A stretch of 64,000 nucleotides of DNA from Pristiophorus japonicus (GCF_044704955.1 NC_091986.1:191456001-191520000), one strand, 5' to 3'; shown: positions 12,772 through 25,535, numbered from the stretch's first letter. The notes: a model not told the origin generated them from the sequence alone. Numbers and translations: made by a program.

Positions 12772-12950
12772 CTGAGAAGCTGGTTGCGATGACGGATACT
12801 GCTCCAACCTCAACCCGCCCACCGTATTTCACCACCTTGCTATTAACATCGTACCTCCAAGGCGGACGAGCAAACGAAGGATCGACCACAACCTCCCCAA
12901 CCTCGCTTGGCTTCTTCCCTCAACTCCGATCAGAAAATAAACCTTACACG
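12772..12950 (-). other. Candidate non-coding first exon of a divergent transcript
   Basis: Minus-strand donor CAG|GTAGGC at 12772/12771 within the CpG island. Weaker alternative donors lie nearby; the start is a guess. Confidence 0.4.
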
Positions 12951-13342
12951 CAGCGACGCTGACGTCACCCCCCTCAACCCCTTTTGCGCGCATGCGTGGC
13001 CTTGAGTGCGACGCATTCCTGGGAGTTGAAGTCCTGCCACCCCGCGCAGCGAGGGGCGCCCTCCGAACCAAAACTACTAGTCCCAGGGTGCAGCGCGGGA
13101 GTTGACGTTGCCGCTGTCCCAGGATTCAGTGCGCGGGACAGGTTGGCCTGGGGCAATCGCGTGATAAAATAACTCGGTGCAGTGACTGAGGAGTGGGTGG
13201 GTGAGCGGGTGAGCGCAGGGGAAGCGAGGCGGTGGGCGCACGCGCCTGCTCTGGAATATTCGGCGGGGAAGCTCGGGCCGGCGTTCCGCCAGGTGTGCGC
13301 GTGCGCGGTCGGTTCTTGCGTTCACTTCAGGGACGCGCAGTG

Positions 13343-13444
13343 ATGCCGAAATATTACGAAGACAAGGAGGAGGACAACCTAGCCTGCTCCGGGGTGAGGG
13401 AAGACCTGAGGAGCTGCTTGCTGCAACTCGACTGCGTGCGCAAG
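13343..13444 (+). CDS. COA5: Cytochrome c oxidase assembly factor 5, coding exon 1 (MPKYYEDKEEDNLACSGVREDLRSCLLQLDCVRK)
   Basis: Matches the recalled COA5/Pet191 N-terminus MPKYYEDK with a CX9C motif; phase-0 donor AAG|GTGTGA. Confidence 0.96.
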
Positions 13445-13651
13445 GTGTGAAATTACATCCAAAATGTGTGTTTCAAAAAATGATTACTCATGAAGGAGGG
13501 GATATTTTTGAAAACCTATCTCTTTGGTCGAGCTTTTGGTCATCTGCCCTAATTTCCTCTTGTGCGGCTCGGTGTCAAATGTTGTTTGATAACGCTCCTG
13601 TGAAGCGCCTTGAGACGTTTTCTACGTTAAAGGTGTTGTATAAATGCAGAA

Positions 13652-14083
13652 AGAAAAACTTGCATTTATATTGCGCCTTTCACGACCACAGGACGCCCCA
13701 AAGCACTTGACAGCCAATTTCACAGTCCTTTTGACGTGTTGTAATGTAGGAAACGCGGCAGCCAATTTGCGCACAGCAAGCTCCCACAAACAGCAATGTG
13801 ACAAGGACGAGATAATCTGTTTTTGTGATGTTGATTGAGGGATCAATATTGGCTAGGATGCCAGGGATAACTCCCCTGCTCTTCTTTGAAATAGTGTCAT
13901 GGGATCTTTCATGTCCACCTGAGAGGGCCTTGATGTAACATCTCATCCGAAAGACGGCACCTCCGACGACAATGCAGTACTGCACTGGAGTGTCAGTCTC
14001 GATTTTTGTGCTAGGTCTCCAGAGTGGGACTCGAATCCACAACCTTCTAACAAGAGTGTTGCCCACTAAGCCACAGCTGACAC
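13652..14083 (-). mobile_element. DeuSINE copy in COA5 intron 1
   Basis: Reverse-complement homolog of 11514-11985, including the tRNA head; preceded by an L2 3' end at about 13510-13645. Confidence 0.82.
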
Positions 14084-14876
14084 TGTTATAATCTGAAATG
14101 AACTGTCTGAAAGGATGATGGAAGCAGATTCAATAGTCACCTTCAAAATGGAATTGTTTATATACTTGAAAAGGAAATCATTTGCAGGACTATGGGGAAA
14201 GATCAGGGGAGTGGGACTAATTGGTTAGCTCCTTCAAAGAGCTGGCCCAGGCACGATGGGACGAAGGGCATCCTGTGCTGTATGTGAGAATGGCAGATCT
14301 TCCTGACCATGGGTATAGCAAATATCTGTCACTAAATGTAAGGCTGTTCAGCTGAAATGCATAATGCATTGGAGTTTTCCCTTGGTCTATAATCAGAAGA
14401 ACCAATTGATCAAATTATTGTGATGTGATTTACTACTAGTCATCTACTGCTTGGTATTTTCAAAATACCACACGCACGCAGTACTGTATGATCAATCGGC
14501 TTTTAAAAAATATGTAGTGTGTCACGGTGACTTTCTTGTAAAATGCAGTGTATAGTTTATGCCAAAATGTTGTGATCACGGAGTTTTTTAAAAATGAGTT
14601 GATTCTTAGATTTAGAGTAGTTAAATATGTATGTAAAGGTTGTGTTTTGAATTACATAATAGTGGCAATTTTGTGACAAGGCTCTGGCACAGTCTCATTA
14701 GTGATGAGCATAATAGTGAAGATAGAATTAACATAGTTTTGTTGCATTTTATGACCCACATTTGCTACTACCTGTAGCATATAAATGTGCAAAATATGGA
14801 AAAGCTGAACAGCTTCAAAAAAGCTGATGCAACTCCAAAAAAGCTGAGAACCAAAAATGCTCAACTCTGAATAAAT

Positions 14877-17170
14877 CATCATCATAATAAGCAGTCTCTC
14901 GGAATCAAGGAAGACTTGCTTCCACTCTTTTAACATACAAGAACCGCAGTCTGTGTCGCAATGGGACAGACAGTAGTTGAAGGAAAGGATGGGTGGGACT
15001 GGTTTGCCGCATGCTCCTTCCGCTGCCTGCGCTTGGTTTCTGCATGCTCTCGGCTGCTTAGTGCCTTCCCGGATATACCTCCTCCACTTAGGACGATCTT
15101 TGGCCAGGCACTCCCAGGTGTTGGTGGGGATGTTGCATTTTATCAAGGAGGCTTTGTGGGTGTCCTTGAAATGTTTTCTCTGCCCACCTTGGGCTCGCTT
15201 GCCATGTAGAAGTTTGCTTTGGGAGTCTTGTGTCAGGCATGCAAACAATATGGCCTGCCCAGCGGAGCTGGTTGAGTGCGGTCAGTGCTTTGATGATGGG
15301 GATAGTGGCCTGGTCGAGGACACTAAAGTTGGTGCGTCTGTTCTACCAGGGGATTTGCAGGATCTTGCGGAGACATCGTTGGTGGTATTTTTCCAGCGAT
15401 TTGAGGTGTCTACTGTAGATGGTCCACGTCTCTGAGCCATACAGGAGGGCGGGTATCACTACAGCCCTGTAGACCATGAGCTTGGTGGCAGGTTTGAGGG
15501 CCTGATCTTTGAACACACTTTGATTCAGGCGACCGAAGGCTGCGCTGGCACACTGCAAGTGGTGTTGAATCTCGTTGTCGATGTCTGCCCTGTTGATAAT
15601 GGGTTCCCGAGGTATGGAAAGGAGTCCACATTGTGCAGATGACTATGGGGTAATGCTGTGCGGCGGGGTCAGGCTAGTGGAGGACTTCGTCTTACGGATG
15701 TTTAGTGTAAGGCCCATGCTTTCGTATGCCTCAGTGAAGATGTTGACTGTGACTTGGAGTTTGGTCTCTGAATGTGTGCAGACGCATGCGTCGTCCACGT
15801 ACTGTAGTTCGCTGACAGAGGTTGGTACGGTCTTGGATCTGGCCTGGAGACAACGGAGGTTGAATAGGTTCCCACTGGTTCTGTAGTTTAGTTCCACTCC
15901 AGCAGGGAGCTTGTGAGTGTGAGGTGGAGTATTGCAGCGAGGAAGATTGAGAAGAGGGTTGGCGCGATGACGCAGCTCTGCTTGACCCCGGTCTGGACGT
16001 GGATCGGGTCTGTAATGGATCCGTTGGTCAGGATCACAGCTTGCATGTCATCGTGGAGCAGGTGGGGGATGGTGATGAACTTTTGGGGGCAGCCGAAACA
16101 GAGGAGGATGCTCCATAGTCCCTCACGGTTGACAGTGTCGAAGGCCTTTGTAAGGTCAAAGAAGGCCATGTACAAGGTTTGGTGCTGTTCCCTGCATTAT
16201 TCTTGCAGCTGTCGCGCTGTAAAAATCATGTTCGTTGTACCCCGAAGAGGACGAAATCCGCACTGTGACTCCAGGAGGAGCTCCTCAGTCACAGGGAGAA
16301 GACGGTTGAGGAGGATTCTAGCGACGACTTTCCCAGTGGCTGATAACAGGGCGATTCCTCTGTAGTTGCCGCAGTTGGACTTGTCCCCTTTTTTTTAAAA
16401 AAATGGTCACGATTACTGCATCTTTGCGATCTCCCGGCATGCTCTCCTCCTTCCAGATGAGAGAGATGAGGTCATGCATTCGTGCCAATAGTGTCTCTCC
16501 GCCATACTTTTGTGCCTCAGCAGGGATTCCACCCGCTTCCGTTGCCTTGTTGTTAAGCTGGTGGATGGCCTTTTCTACCTCGTGCAGGGTTGGGGTTTTG
16601 CTGAGATGGTGGCGGGTAGCATGCTGCAGGATGGAGTCGAGGATACTCAAGTCAAAGGCAGAGTCTCGATTAAGGGGATCTTCAAAGTGCTCCTTCCAGC
16701 GGGTCCTGACTGATTAGTGTCTTCCCGTTCTTGGCCAGCAGTGGGGTGGGGCCTTGGGTGTTTGGGCCGTAGATGGCCTTGACTGCAGTGAAGAAAACTC
16801 GCACATCATGGCTGTCGGCCAGCTGCTGAATCTCCTGTGCTTTCTCCACCCGCCATCTATTCTTTAGGTCATGAGTTTTTTGTTGGACCTCGGCCTTAAG
16901 CTGTCTGTAATGCTGTTTTGCTGCCCCTGAGTTGGGTTGTTTTAGGCTCAGAAATGCCCTGCGCTTGCGATTATATTAGCTCTTGGATCTCCTGGTCATT
17001 CTCATCAAACCAGCCCTGGTTGAGTGACCGAGCGTCTCTTCACACGCATTGATTATGGAGGCCTGGAGGGCAGACCAAGCGCTGTGGGCATTCTGTGTCT
17101 CAGGGTCATCAAGGGACGCCAGGTTAGCAGTGAGGCACTGGCTGTATAGGGCTCTCTAAGCTGGGTCTTT
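14877..17170 (-). mobile_element. RTE-clade (BovB-like) LINE, 5'-truncated
   Basis: YMAFFDLTKAFDTVNREGLW, GVKQSCVIAPTLF, LQYVDD, ALLYGSETWT; (GAT)n-like tail at the left end. Confidence 0.92.
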
Positions 17171-17387
17171 AATAAAAGCTTATGGTTAATGCCACTACCT
17201 CAAGGTCGCTGAATAAGTTAAATTCCTTTTCATTTCACTTTCTGCAATTTAATTTGTATTTTGCTTTTTGTGAAAACTTTACTCCAATGGCTTTGCATAC
17301 AATGTATGAAACTTTTGAAGTGTATAGTGTATGAAAAGTAGTAGGTACAATGGGGACCTGAACTTGTCATGACCGCTTAATATTATA

Positions 17388-17729
17388 CAGGTTGAACCTC
17401 CCTTATTGGGAACCACCCCTCGTCCGGAACCATTACCGGCCACCGGGTGGCGCATGCGCAGAACTCCAACATGAACAAATTGAAGTCCTTCCTCGCTGCT
17501 GACTCCCGCAGTCGCTGGCTTGACCCCTCACTCCACCGCCCCCTCTTTCCCCCCTCCCCCCAACATATGATTTCTCTGCTGCACTCCCAGCCCCAAGCCA
17601 GCCAGCCACAATATCCCCTTGCTCAGTACCCGTACCATCCAATTTAACGTGACCACCCCTCGACTGGAAAAATCCCTTATCGGGAACAGGTCAGGTCCCG
17701 AGGGCTCCGGATAAGGGAGGTTCAACCTG
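17388..17729. mobile_element. Tc1/mariner (Tigger/pogo-type) MITE, 342 bp
   Basis: TIRs CAGGTTGAACCTCCCTTAT...ATAAGGGAGGTTCAACCTG; TA on the left, CA (probably mutated TA) on the right; non-coding interior. Confidence 0.88.
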
Positions 17730-18429
17730 CAGTTATATCTGCTGTAAATTTCTATTATACCCAATATTCCATCAGTTGTATTGTAGGGAAATGAAGTACA
17801 CGCAGTGTATTTTTGCATTGGTTGATTTAGAAACTTTTTGAAATGGATAGTGAGTGCACATGGTGCAACATTTATGGGAGTGGGGGAGTCTGGGAGCATG
17901 CCACCTATGAAATCTAAATTTCATTAAAATTTTTGCTGCATTTTGAAGTACACTGTGATCCAGCATTTGAAGCCAAAAATAATTTATTCTGCAATGGTCT
18001 TACTGGTTGATTTCCTGTGACATTGCACATAGGAAATCAACACCAATTGCAAGAACAACAGAGAGACAAAGGAGAAAGGGATGGAGGGGAGAAAGAGTCT
18101 ACTTTTGATAGATTTTTTAAAAAAAAAGTCATACACTTGCCCTTTCCAGTACACTTTATTGATCCTCTTACTTTATGTATTGATTGGTAACCTTTGAAAT
18201 TAGTCTCACTGACTATGGGCATTGTAGCATTATTGGATTTGAAAACTTTCCCATTTCTTACTGCCATTGGTCTGCTCTTTTGCTGACTCTATCAAAGTAG
18301 CATCTAGTTACATCAGAGCAGACTTGGCCAGTGGGAGGGGCAGGGTGTTGAGATGTCAGAGATACTGGGAGCAGGGTCGTGGGGGTGGCCCAGGCATTGC
18401 TATGAGTCATCGTGCTCTGAGGGCCCTAT

Positions 18430-20230
18430 CTGGAATGCATTGCCTGAAAGTGTGCTGGAAGCAGATTCAATAGTAACTTTCAAAAGGATATATAGTTGGA
18501 AGAGGAAACATTTACAGGGCTATGAAAAAGGGGTGGGGCAGTGCAACTAATTGCATTGTTTTTTCGAAGAGTGGCACATGCACGATGGGCCAAATGGCCT
18601 CCTTCTATGCTGTAAGATTCTGTAGGAGGCAAATAATTCAACTTTCTGGAAAAAATCAGCCAAAGTAAGAAAACACTCTTTTAGGGGCCACGGCAAATGG
18701 AATGGGCAGGGATCAAAACATTATTTGATGAAGTAACGGCGAGGGTTGTTGAGGGTACTGTGGTTGATGTTGTGTACATGTACTTTCTAAAGGCGTTTGA
18801 TAAAGTACCACATAATAATCTTGTCAGCAATATTAAAGCCCATAGGATTAAAGGGGCAGTGGCTGCATGTAAAAGGAATTGGCTAAGGGACAGAAAGCAG
18901 AGGTGAACATTGTTTTTCAGACTGGCGGGAAGTATTCAGTGGTGCTCCCCAGGGGTCTGGATTAGAATCACTGCTCTTTTTTACTTTAGTAATGAGCTGG
19001 ACTTAGTGAACGTAGACGGACTGGTGAAATGGGCAGGCACGCGGCTGATGAAATTTAAAATAATAATAACTTTTATTTTAAAACGTCCCAAGGTGCTTCA
19101 CAACAGGCTTACAAGGCATTAGATATTGACAAGGGAGAGGAAGAGAAAAAGCGGGAGAAGGAAGCGTAAAAGGCTCAGGTCTGAAGCGGTGTTAAAATGC
19201 GCATGCAGATAGACACAGGTGAAAAAAACTTTAAAAAAATGAAATTCAAATTACATTATAAATAATACAATATAGAGTATACAATAGTAAAATCAGAATA
19301 ATTAATTACAATTACATAATATACAATAATAAATTTAAGTTTAAAATTACAAAATCAGCAATTGAAGCAAATTAAATAGGTTTTTAGCTTTCTTTAACAC
19401 AAGTGTGAAGTGATTCATTTTGGTAGGAAGAATGAGAGGTGGTAATATAAACAAAATGGTACAATTTTAAAGGGAGTGCACGAACAGAGACTTGGGGATG
19501 CAAGTTCATAAATCTTTGAAGGTGGCAGGAGAAGCATATGGGATCTTTGGCTTTATAAATGGAGGCATGGAGTACACAAGTAAGGAGGTTCTGCTAAACC
19601 TTTATAAAACACTGGTTAGGCCCCAGCTGGAGTATTGTCGCTAATTCTGGGCACCACACTTTAGGAAGGTTGTCAAGGCCATGGAGAGGAGATTTATCAG
19701 AATGAAACTGTTTCCTGTGGCAGAAGGTTCAGTAACCAGAGGACACAGATTTAAGGTACTTGATAAAAGAACTAAAGGTGACATGAGGAAAAAAACATTG
19801 ATGCAGCGAGTTATGATGATCTGGAATGTGTTGTGTATCTATAAAGCATGCACTCCCATGTTCCGCCACCAGGGAGCACATCCCCTGACGACCCAAGGGA
19901 TCCCAGCATCCTTTGGGAGCACTGTATATAAGCCACCCCCCAAGGCCTGTTACTCACTCTGGAGTGTCTTAATAAAGACTGAGATCACTGTTACTTTAAC
20001 CTCCCTGTGTACAGTCTCATCTGTGATAGGAACACAGTAGAATGTACTGCCTGAAAGGACGGTGGAAGCAGATTCAGTAGTAACTTTCAAAAGGGAATTG
20101 GATAAATGCTTGAAGGAGAAAAATGTGCAGGGCTATGGGGAAAGAGTAGGGGAGTGGGACTAATTGGAGAGTTCTTTCAAAGAACTGGCACAGGCATGAT
20201 GGGATGAATGGCCTCCTGTGCTATATCATT
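18430..20230 (+). mobile_element. Cluster of old CR1 fragments, one split by a solo LTR
   Basis: VDVVYMYFLKAFDKVPH...NWLRDRKQR; TRGHRFKVL; CR1 sequence resumes after the LTR at 20045. Includes non-CR1 gaps. Confidence 0.75.
19829..20039 (+). mobile_element. Solo LTR of the element 2 family
   Basis: Homologous to 32524-32734; perfect 5 bp TSD GAATG (19824-19828 and 20040-20044); ends TG...TA. Confidence 0.95.
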
Positions 20231-20458
20231 CAATGACTGGGGGGAAAAAAAGCAAGATGTCTGCTCTGAACGTAGACGGTTAGCAACTGTGCTAGCATAC
20301 CTTCGTGCTGGGAGCAGTACCTTGCAGAATTATTGCCCAAATACCAGTAGCCAAGTTAACTAACTCTGATCAGTATCGATTTTTTTTTTTATTGGACTAT
20401 AATCGGGTCAAATCTATTCCAATTTACTTACATTTTAACTCGTTTGTATTTCAAGTAG

Positions 20459-20542
20459 GAAGGAAAGACACCAAAACAATGCTTAAAAGAAGGACACTGC
20501 AAGGCATTACAGCTTACTTTCTTTGAATGTAAAAGATCAATG
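20459..20542 (+). CDS. COA5: COA5 coding exon 2 (EGKTPKQCLKEGHCKALQLTFFECKRSM)
   Basis: Acceptor TAG|GAA, donor ATG|GTATGT, 84 nt, phase 0; second CX9C motif. Confidence 0.96.
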
Positions 20543-21071
20543 GTATGTAATTTTAAATAGCTAATTTTTAAACTGTTTTATATACACAACATATTTGTTC
20601 TACATTTTTTTTGGGAGAGGGGTGGTCCTATTGATCTCTGAACTATTTAGATTTCATAAAATTATAAAGCCAGTTTTATTTCTTTCTAAACTGTATAGTT
20701 GGTGTTTAGCAGATTTTCCAACCCTCTTGTATATCATGTCTGAAACTTGTATTTTGATTTGGTGACTGTTTCCCACTGTTGCCCACAGAAGCAGGATGAC
20801 AACTCTGATGTTATAACAATCGTGGATTTCAGATGATTTTATAAAATGCTTCAACTTCATTCTCAGGGTTTTTTTATTTTAAGTTTACTTCATAAGGAAT
20901 AAATAATGTCTAGGACTACATTATAAGGTTATAGTGTGTCCAAGAGATTTGGATATCCAAAATTTTAAGTTTGAACCATGGGAGAGTTTCTCTGTAAACA
21001 TTGTAAACATATTGCTACAATTGTGTTTAGATACTGCATTTCATTAATACCCTACGGATTTTGTTTTAAAG

Positions 21072-21113
21072 CTGGATAGCCGAACTCGGTTCAGAGGAAG
21101 AAAAGGATATTAG
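21072..21113 (+). CDS. COA5: COA5 coding exon 3 (LDSRTRFRGRKGY*)
   Basis: Acceptor TTTTAAAG|CTG; conserved C-terminal RFRGRKGY then TAG; total 75 aa. Confidence 0.96.
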   Translation: MDSRTRFRGRKGY

Positions 21114-21179
21114 CAACCCAACCAAAGTGGAGTAATGCTGCAGAATTTATGTACGGTGATGGCTTCGGGTGACTGTATA

Positions 21180-21395
21180 AATAAAATAATGCTCACATTT
21201 GGTTTAGAAAATCAGTGTTGTATTCAATGTTTGAGTGTTCTCATATGTATGTGGAAAAATTAGTAAAGGAATATTTTTTAAATATATGTTCAATTATTAT
21301 TCATGCAAAATGCCTGTGTTGATACTTTGTCTTCTGAAATTATTTTGTAAGACACCAGTTAAGAAAGAAAATGATTCCAAGAGTTAATAAATAAA
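21180..21395 (+). terminator. Candidate COA5 polyadenylation signals
   Basis: AATAAA at 21180-21185 with GT-rich sequence downstream; overlapping AATAAATAAA at 21386-21395. Confidence 0.55.
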
Positions 21396-22123
21396 TTTCA
21401 ACAACTGTTCATGTCCTGTATAAGACTTGTACACTATATGCACTACTAATATTACAGGGATAGTTGTATTTACTGAAGAGCAATGTTCTCTTTAATTTTT
21501 TTTGGGTGCACGGCCCGTTTAATATATCATGCATGTCTGGTTTTTCCTGTTTAAAAGCCTGTAAGCCGACTTCGCCGGAACTCCAGAGGGCTGCGCAGCT
21601 TAAATGGGACATTGCTGAAGAGCTTTTAGAAATCAGAATATAACTATTTGGTGTAGCTTCTTTCCTTGCTTGCAAGACACAGCGAATGGATTTAATTCTG
21701 ATACTCTAAATAAAAACTATTCTAGGCATGTTGGTAGAATAAGTGAATATGTATCATTCAACATTGTGCAAATACTGTGTACTGCTTTATAATTAGTTAA
21801 GACAATTAATTATATTCAACACTGTTAGCAAAAGGGAATCAAGTTAGCAACTATTAATTGTTTTTACTTTTACATTTTTTTGTATTTGGCTGTCTGCTGT
21901 AATGTGGCTTTTTTGATGTTGAAAGGTAAATAATATGTAATTTATTTGACGGTATTCCATTCATGTCTTGACATCCTAAAGTGCTTCAGACAGCTAATTA
22001 CATTTAAAAAATGCAGTCACTTGTTATGTATGCAAGTACAGCAGCTGACTAGCACAAAGCAAGGTACAACATAACCAAATCAGATAAATGTTTTTAGTAG
22101 TTATGAGAGATTAATATTGGCCA

Positions 22124-24601
22124 CGTATATTCTAGCCTCATGTCCCGACCTCACTGCTGGTCCGTGCTATATCTTCCCTGGATCCCGACCTCGCTGATGG
22201 CCTCGGCCCCCCGACCTCGCTGCTGGTCTATGCAGAGTCTTCCCTGGGTCTTGACCTGGCTGATGGCCCGTGTGGAGTCTTTCCTGGGTCCCTACCTCGT
22301 CGCCTACCGATTCTTCAATCCTTGCCGCCTGCTGATCTTCCGTTTCTCGCCGTCCGCCGATTCTCCAATTCTCGCTGTCCGCTGATCCTCCGCTCCTTGC
22401 CACTCCTCACTGCTCCTCCAATTCCCGTCGCCTGCCAATCCTTGCTACCTGTGGCCCCCGGTACTGCATGTTTTTACCAGTTTCTTCATCCCTTGCCTCC
22501 CGATGCCCAGTCGTTGGGCCAGGATATAAAGGCACACTTTCACCCGGCTTCGAATCTCTCTTCCTCCCTTGAATTTGAGGTAAAGCCTTGTCTTGTGATT
22601 TTCACTCTGGTTTAAGAAAAGGGGAACTTCTTGTGTTTCTTCTAGATTTGAGTCATGAGGGAACTGCCCATGGTGGTCTCCTGGGTCTGAGGGAGGACTG
22701 AGTATTTCTGCGCCTGCACAAGCACAAACCATCTACGCCCAATTCGTCAAGGCTCATACACAAAAATGTCTACTTGATGAGGTACCAGAGAGGTACTGGT
22801 GTCTAGAAAAGAGTCAACATCTTTTCCGTGTCACTGCAAAGGAAAGAGAGCTGGTTTGCAGTTGCAGAGAGGGTTTCTGGTTGAAGCAGGGAGTTATTTT
22901 CCATTGCACAGTGTGCAGGGGCTGCAGGTCGCTGCTGTTTGCTGTTCCTCCATCGTTATTCCCCCCTGAAGTACTGAAGCATAGCGGAGAAGTACTCTTG
23001 GTGCAAATCCATGCCCTCTCTAATCTGGAAGGAGGAGTGCATTCCAGGGGATCTGAGAGACGGCGTAATCGTGACCATATTCAAAAAAGGGGACAAGTCT
23101 GACTGCGGTAATTACAGAGGAGTTTCCCTGCTGTATGACGCAGGGCAAATCATTGCAAGAATCCTCCTCAATTGGCGTCTCCTAGTGGCTGACTAGCTCC
23201 TCCCAGAGTCGCAATGTGGATTCCGCCCACTAAGGGGCACAATGGACATAATCTTCACTGTGTGACAAATCCAAGAAAAATGTAGGGAGCAGTGTCAACC
23301 TCTGTACATGGCTTTCTTTGACATCACAAAGGCCTTTGACTCTGTCAACTGTGAGGGATTATGGAGTGTCCTTCTCAAATTTGACTGTCCTCAAAAATTC
23401 GTCACCATGCTCTGCCTGCTTCATGATGCAAGCCATGATTCTTACCAACGGATCCACCACAGACCCAATACAAGTGTAGACCGGGGACAAACACTGCTGT
23501 CATCGCAAAAAACGCTCTTCTCAATCTACCTCGCTGCAATGCTTCAGCTCATCCTTAACAAGTTCCCCACTGGAGTAGAGTTAATCTACAAGACAAGTAG
23601 AAAATTATTCAACCTCTGATGCCTCCAGTCCAGATCCAAGGTTGCTCCAATCTCTGTCATTGAATTACAATATGCAGATGACGTTTACGTTTGTGCACAC
23701 TCAGAGTCCGAACTCCACACCATCATTGACACCTTCACCGTAGCATATGAGAGTCTGGGCTTCACATTAAACATCAGTAAGACAAAGGTTCGCTACCAAC
23801 CTTCTCCTGCCACGCAGTACACCTCCCTGGTTATCAAGGTGCACGTTAAGACCTTGGACAATGTGGACTACTTCCCATATCTTGGGAGCCTACTAAGTCC
23901 AACACCGCCTTCAGTGTGCCAGTGCAGCCTTCGGCCGCCTGAGGAAAAGAGTGTTCGAAGACCAGGATTTCAAACCCGGCACAAAGCTCATGGTCTACAG
24001 AGCAGAAGTGATACCCACCCTCCTAGATGCTTCAGAGACATGGACTATGTACAGTAGGCACCTCAAAGCTCTGTAGAAGTACCACCAATGCCGTCTCCGC
24101 AAGATCCTGCAAATCCATTGGCAGGATAGGTGCCCCGACGGTGTTCTCTCTCAGGCCAACATCCCCAGCATCGAGGCATTGACCATACGCGACCAGCTCC
24201 TGTAGGTGGGGCCACATTGTCCACATGCTAGACTCCCAAAACAAGCACTCTACTCCAAGCTATGTCAAGGCAGGCGAGTCCCAGGAGGGCAGAGAAAATG
24301 CCTCAAAGCCTCATTGGAAAAAATGCAACATCCCCACAGACTCGTGGGAATCCTGTGGCGGAGGAGCATCCGAGAAGGCACCAAACACTTTGAGTCTCTT
24401 CACCGGGAGCACACAGAAGCCAAGCACAAAAAGCGGAAGGAGTGTACGACAAATCAAGCACCCCAGCCACCCGTCTCACCAACCACCATCTGCCCCACAT
24501 GTGAGAGACTAGATCCCACATTGGTCTCATCAGTTACCTTAGAACTCATTTTAGTGTGAAAGCAAGTTATCCTTGACTCCGGGGGACTGCCTAAGGTGAA
24601 G
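22124..24601 (+). mobile_element. RTE LINE (22966-24601) with an unrelated 5' segment of about 840 bp, inserted into an old DeuSINE
   Basis: RTE motifs IFKKGDKSDCGNYRGVSLL, FFDITKAFDSV and QYADD; 11 bp TSD AATATTGGCCA at 22113-22123 and 24602-24612; SINE halves at about 21960-22123 and 24602-24780. Confidence 0.85.
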
Positions 24602-24809
24602 AATATTGGCCAGGACACTGGGAAAACACTTCTCTTTGAATAATGCTATGGGATAATTTATGTTCATCTGAACAGACAAACAGGGCCTTGGTTGAACTTC
24701 TAATCCTTAGTACTGCATTGTAGTATCATGCTAGATTGTGTGCTGAAGTAGAGCTTGAACCCACACTTCTAACTTGAAAGTGGTATGAATCAAACGGATA
24801 CCTGTGGCC

Positions 24810-25535
24810 CAGTGTTGTCCAATAGATGTCGCTAATTAGCTACAGATGTGGTCATCGTGACGGTGTTCGCCACATGCACTAATTTTAGTAGCAAATGCCT
24901 TGCATACAATAAAAGGTGAATGTTAATTAAATATACACATGAAGTACAAACATCTACTATCATTCAGTGGGAAATTTTGTAGTATCTCTTTCACCAACAT
25001 TTTAAATTATGGCATAAATTTCAGATACAGTACATCTTAATGCAGCTTCTAGGTTTTGTCCATCCATTTGGACTTCATCAGAGTGATTGTGCAAGTCAAC
25101 ATTCTCAGCAAAGAGGCTTGTCAGATCTACCCCTGCTCTCCAGGCAGAACGCAGTTGGTTGCTGCTTGTCCTTTGCCATGGTATACCCTGTTGGAGCTGG
25201 ATTAGGCTTCACTTTTTTTCTGTTTGTCTGGAGTGATTTTTCTCATTGGTCAAGCTGACCAGGATGGCTGCCCCCGTCTCCATACAATGTTGCTGGTGTT
25301 TCCATGGTGCTGAAGTCTGTTTTTTCCAGCTGTGTTACATATCATTTTAGCATAAGACTATGAGTCTTGAAATCACATTCAGCCATGTTACACATCATTT
25401 TAGCATAAATATCAGTCTTGAAATCACATGCTCAACAACCGTGTCTATTACTTTTTTATTTACTAATCAAAAATGCAATTCCCCACCTCTGTATTGCCAA
25501 TTAGCCACTAGTGGCTAGTGTATTTGACAGAACTG
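24810..25535. mobile_element. Non-autonomous hAT (Charlie/MER3-like) DNA transposon
   Basis: Ends CAGTGTTGTCCAATA...TATTTGACAGAACTG; subterminal TAGCCACTAGTGGCTA palindrome; degenerate 8 bp TSD CTGTGGCC/CTGTAGTC. Confidence 0.72.
25331..25430. repeat. Two-copy tandem duplication of about 53 bp
   Basis: TGTTACAYATCATTTTAGCATAA...AGTCTTGAAATCACAT occurs twice. Confidence 0.85.

Larger units (their letters stand above)
12700..13445. promoter_or_regulatory. CpG-island promoter of COA5, probably bidirectional
   Basis: High CpG density; CRE TGACGTCA 12960-12967; NRF1-like CGCGCATGCG 12987-12996; ZNF143/THAP11-type ACTACTAGTCCCAGGGTGCA 13073-13092, plus a reverse-oriented copy at about 13013-13033. 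Confidence 0.85.

Noticed and set aside
13232-13450. 72 aa ORF as a stand-alone or N-terminally extended gene
   Set aside because: It starts at a GTG; homology begins at ATG 13343 and the frame continues by splicing at 13444.
21545-21630. GC-rich patch flanked by TAAAAGC/GCTTTTAG as a structured ncRNA
   Set aside because: Only a short terminal stem, with no C/D, H/ACA or other family motifs.
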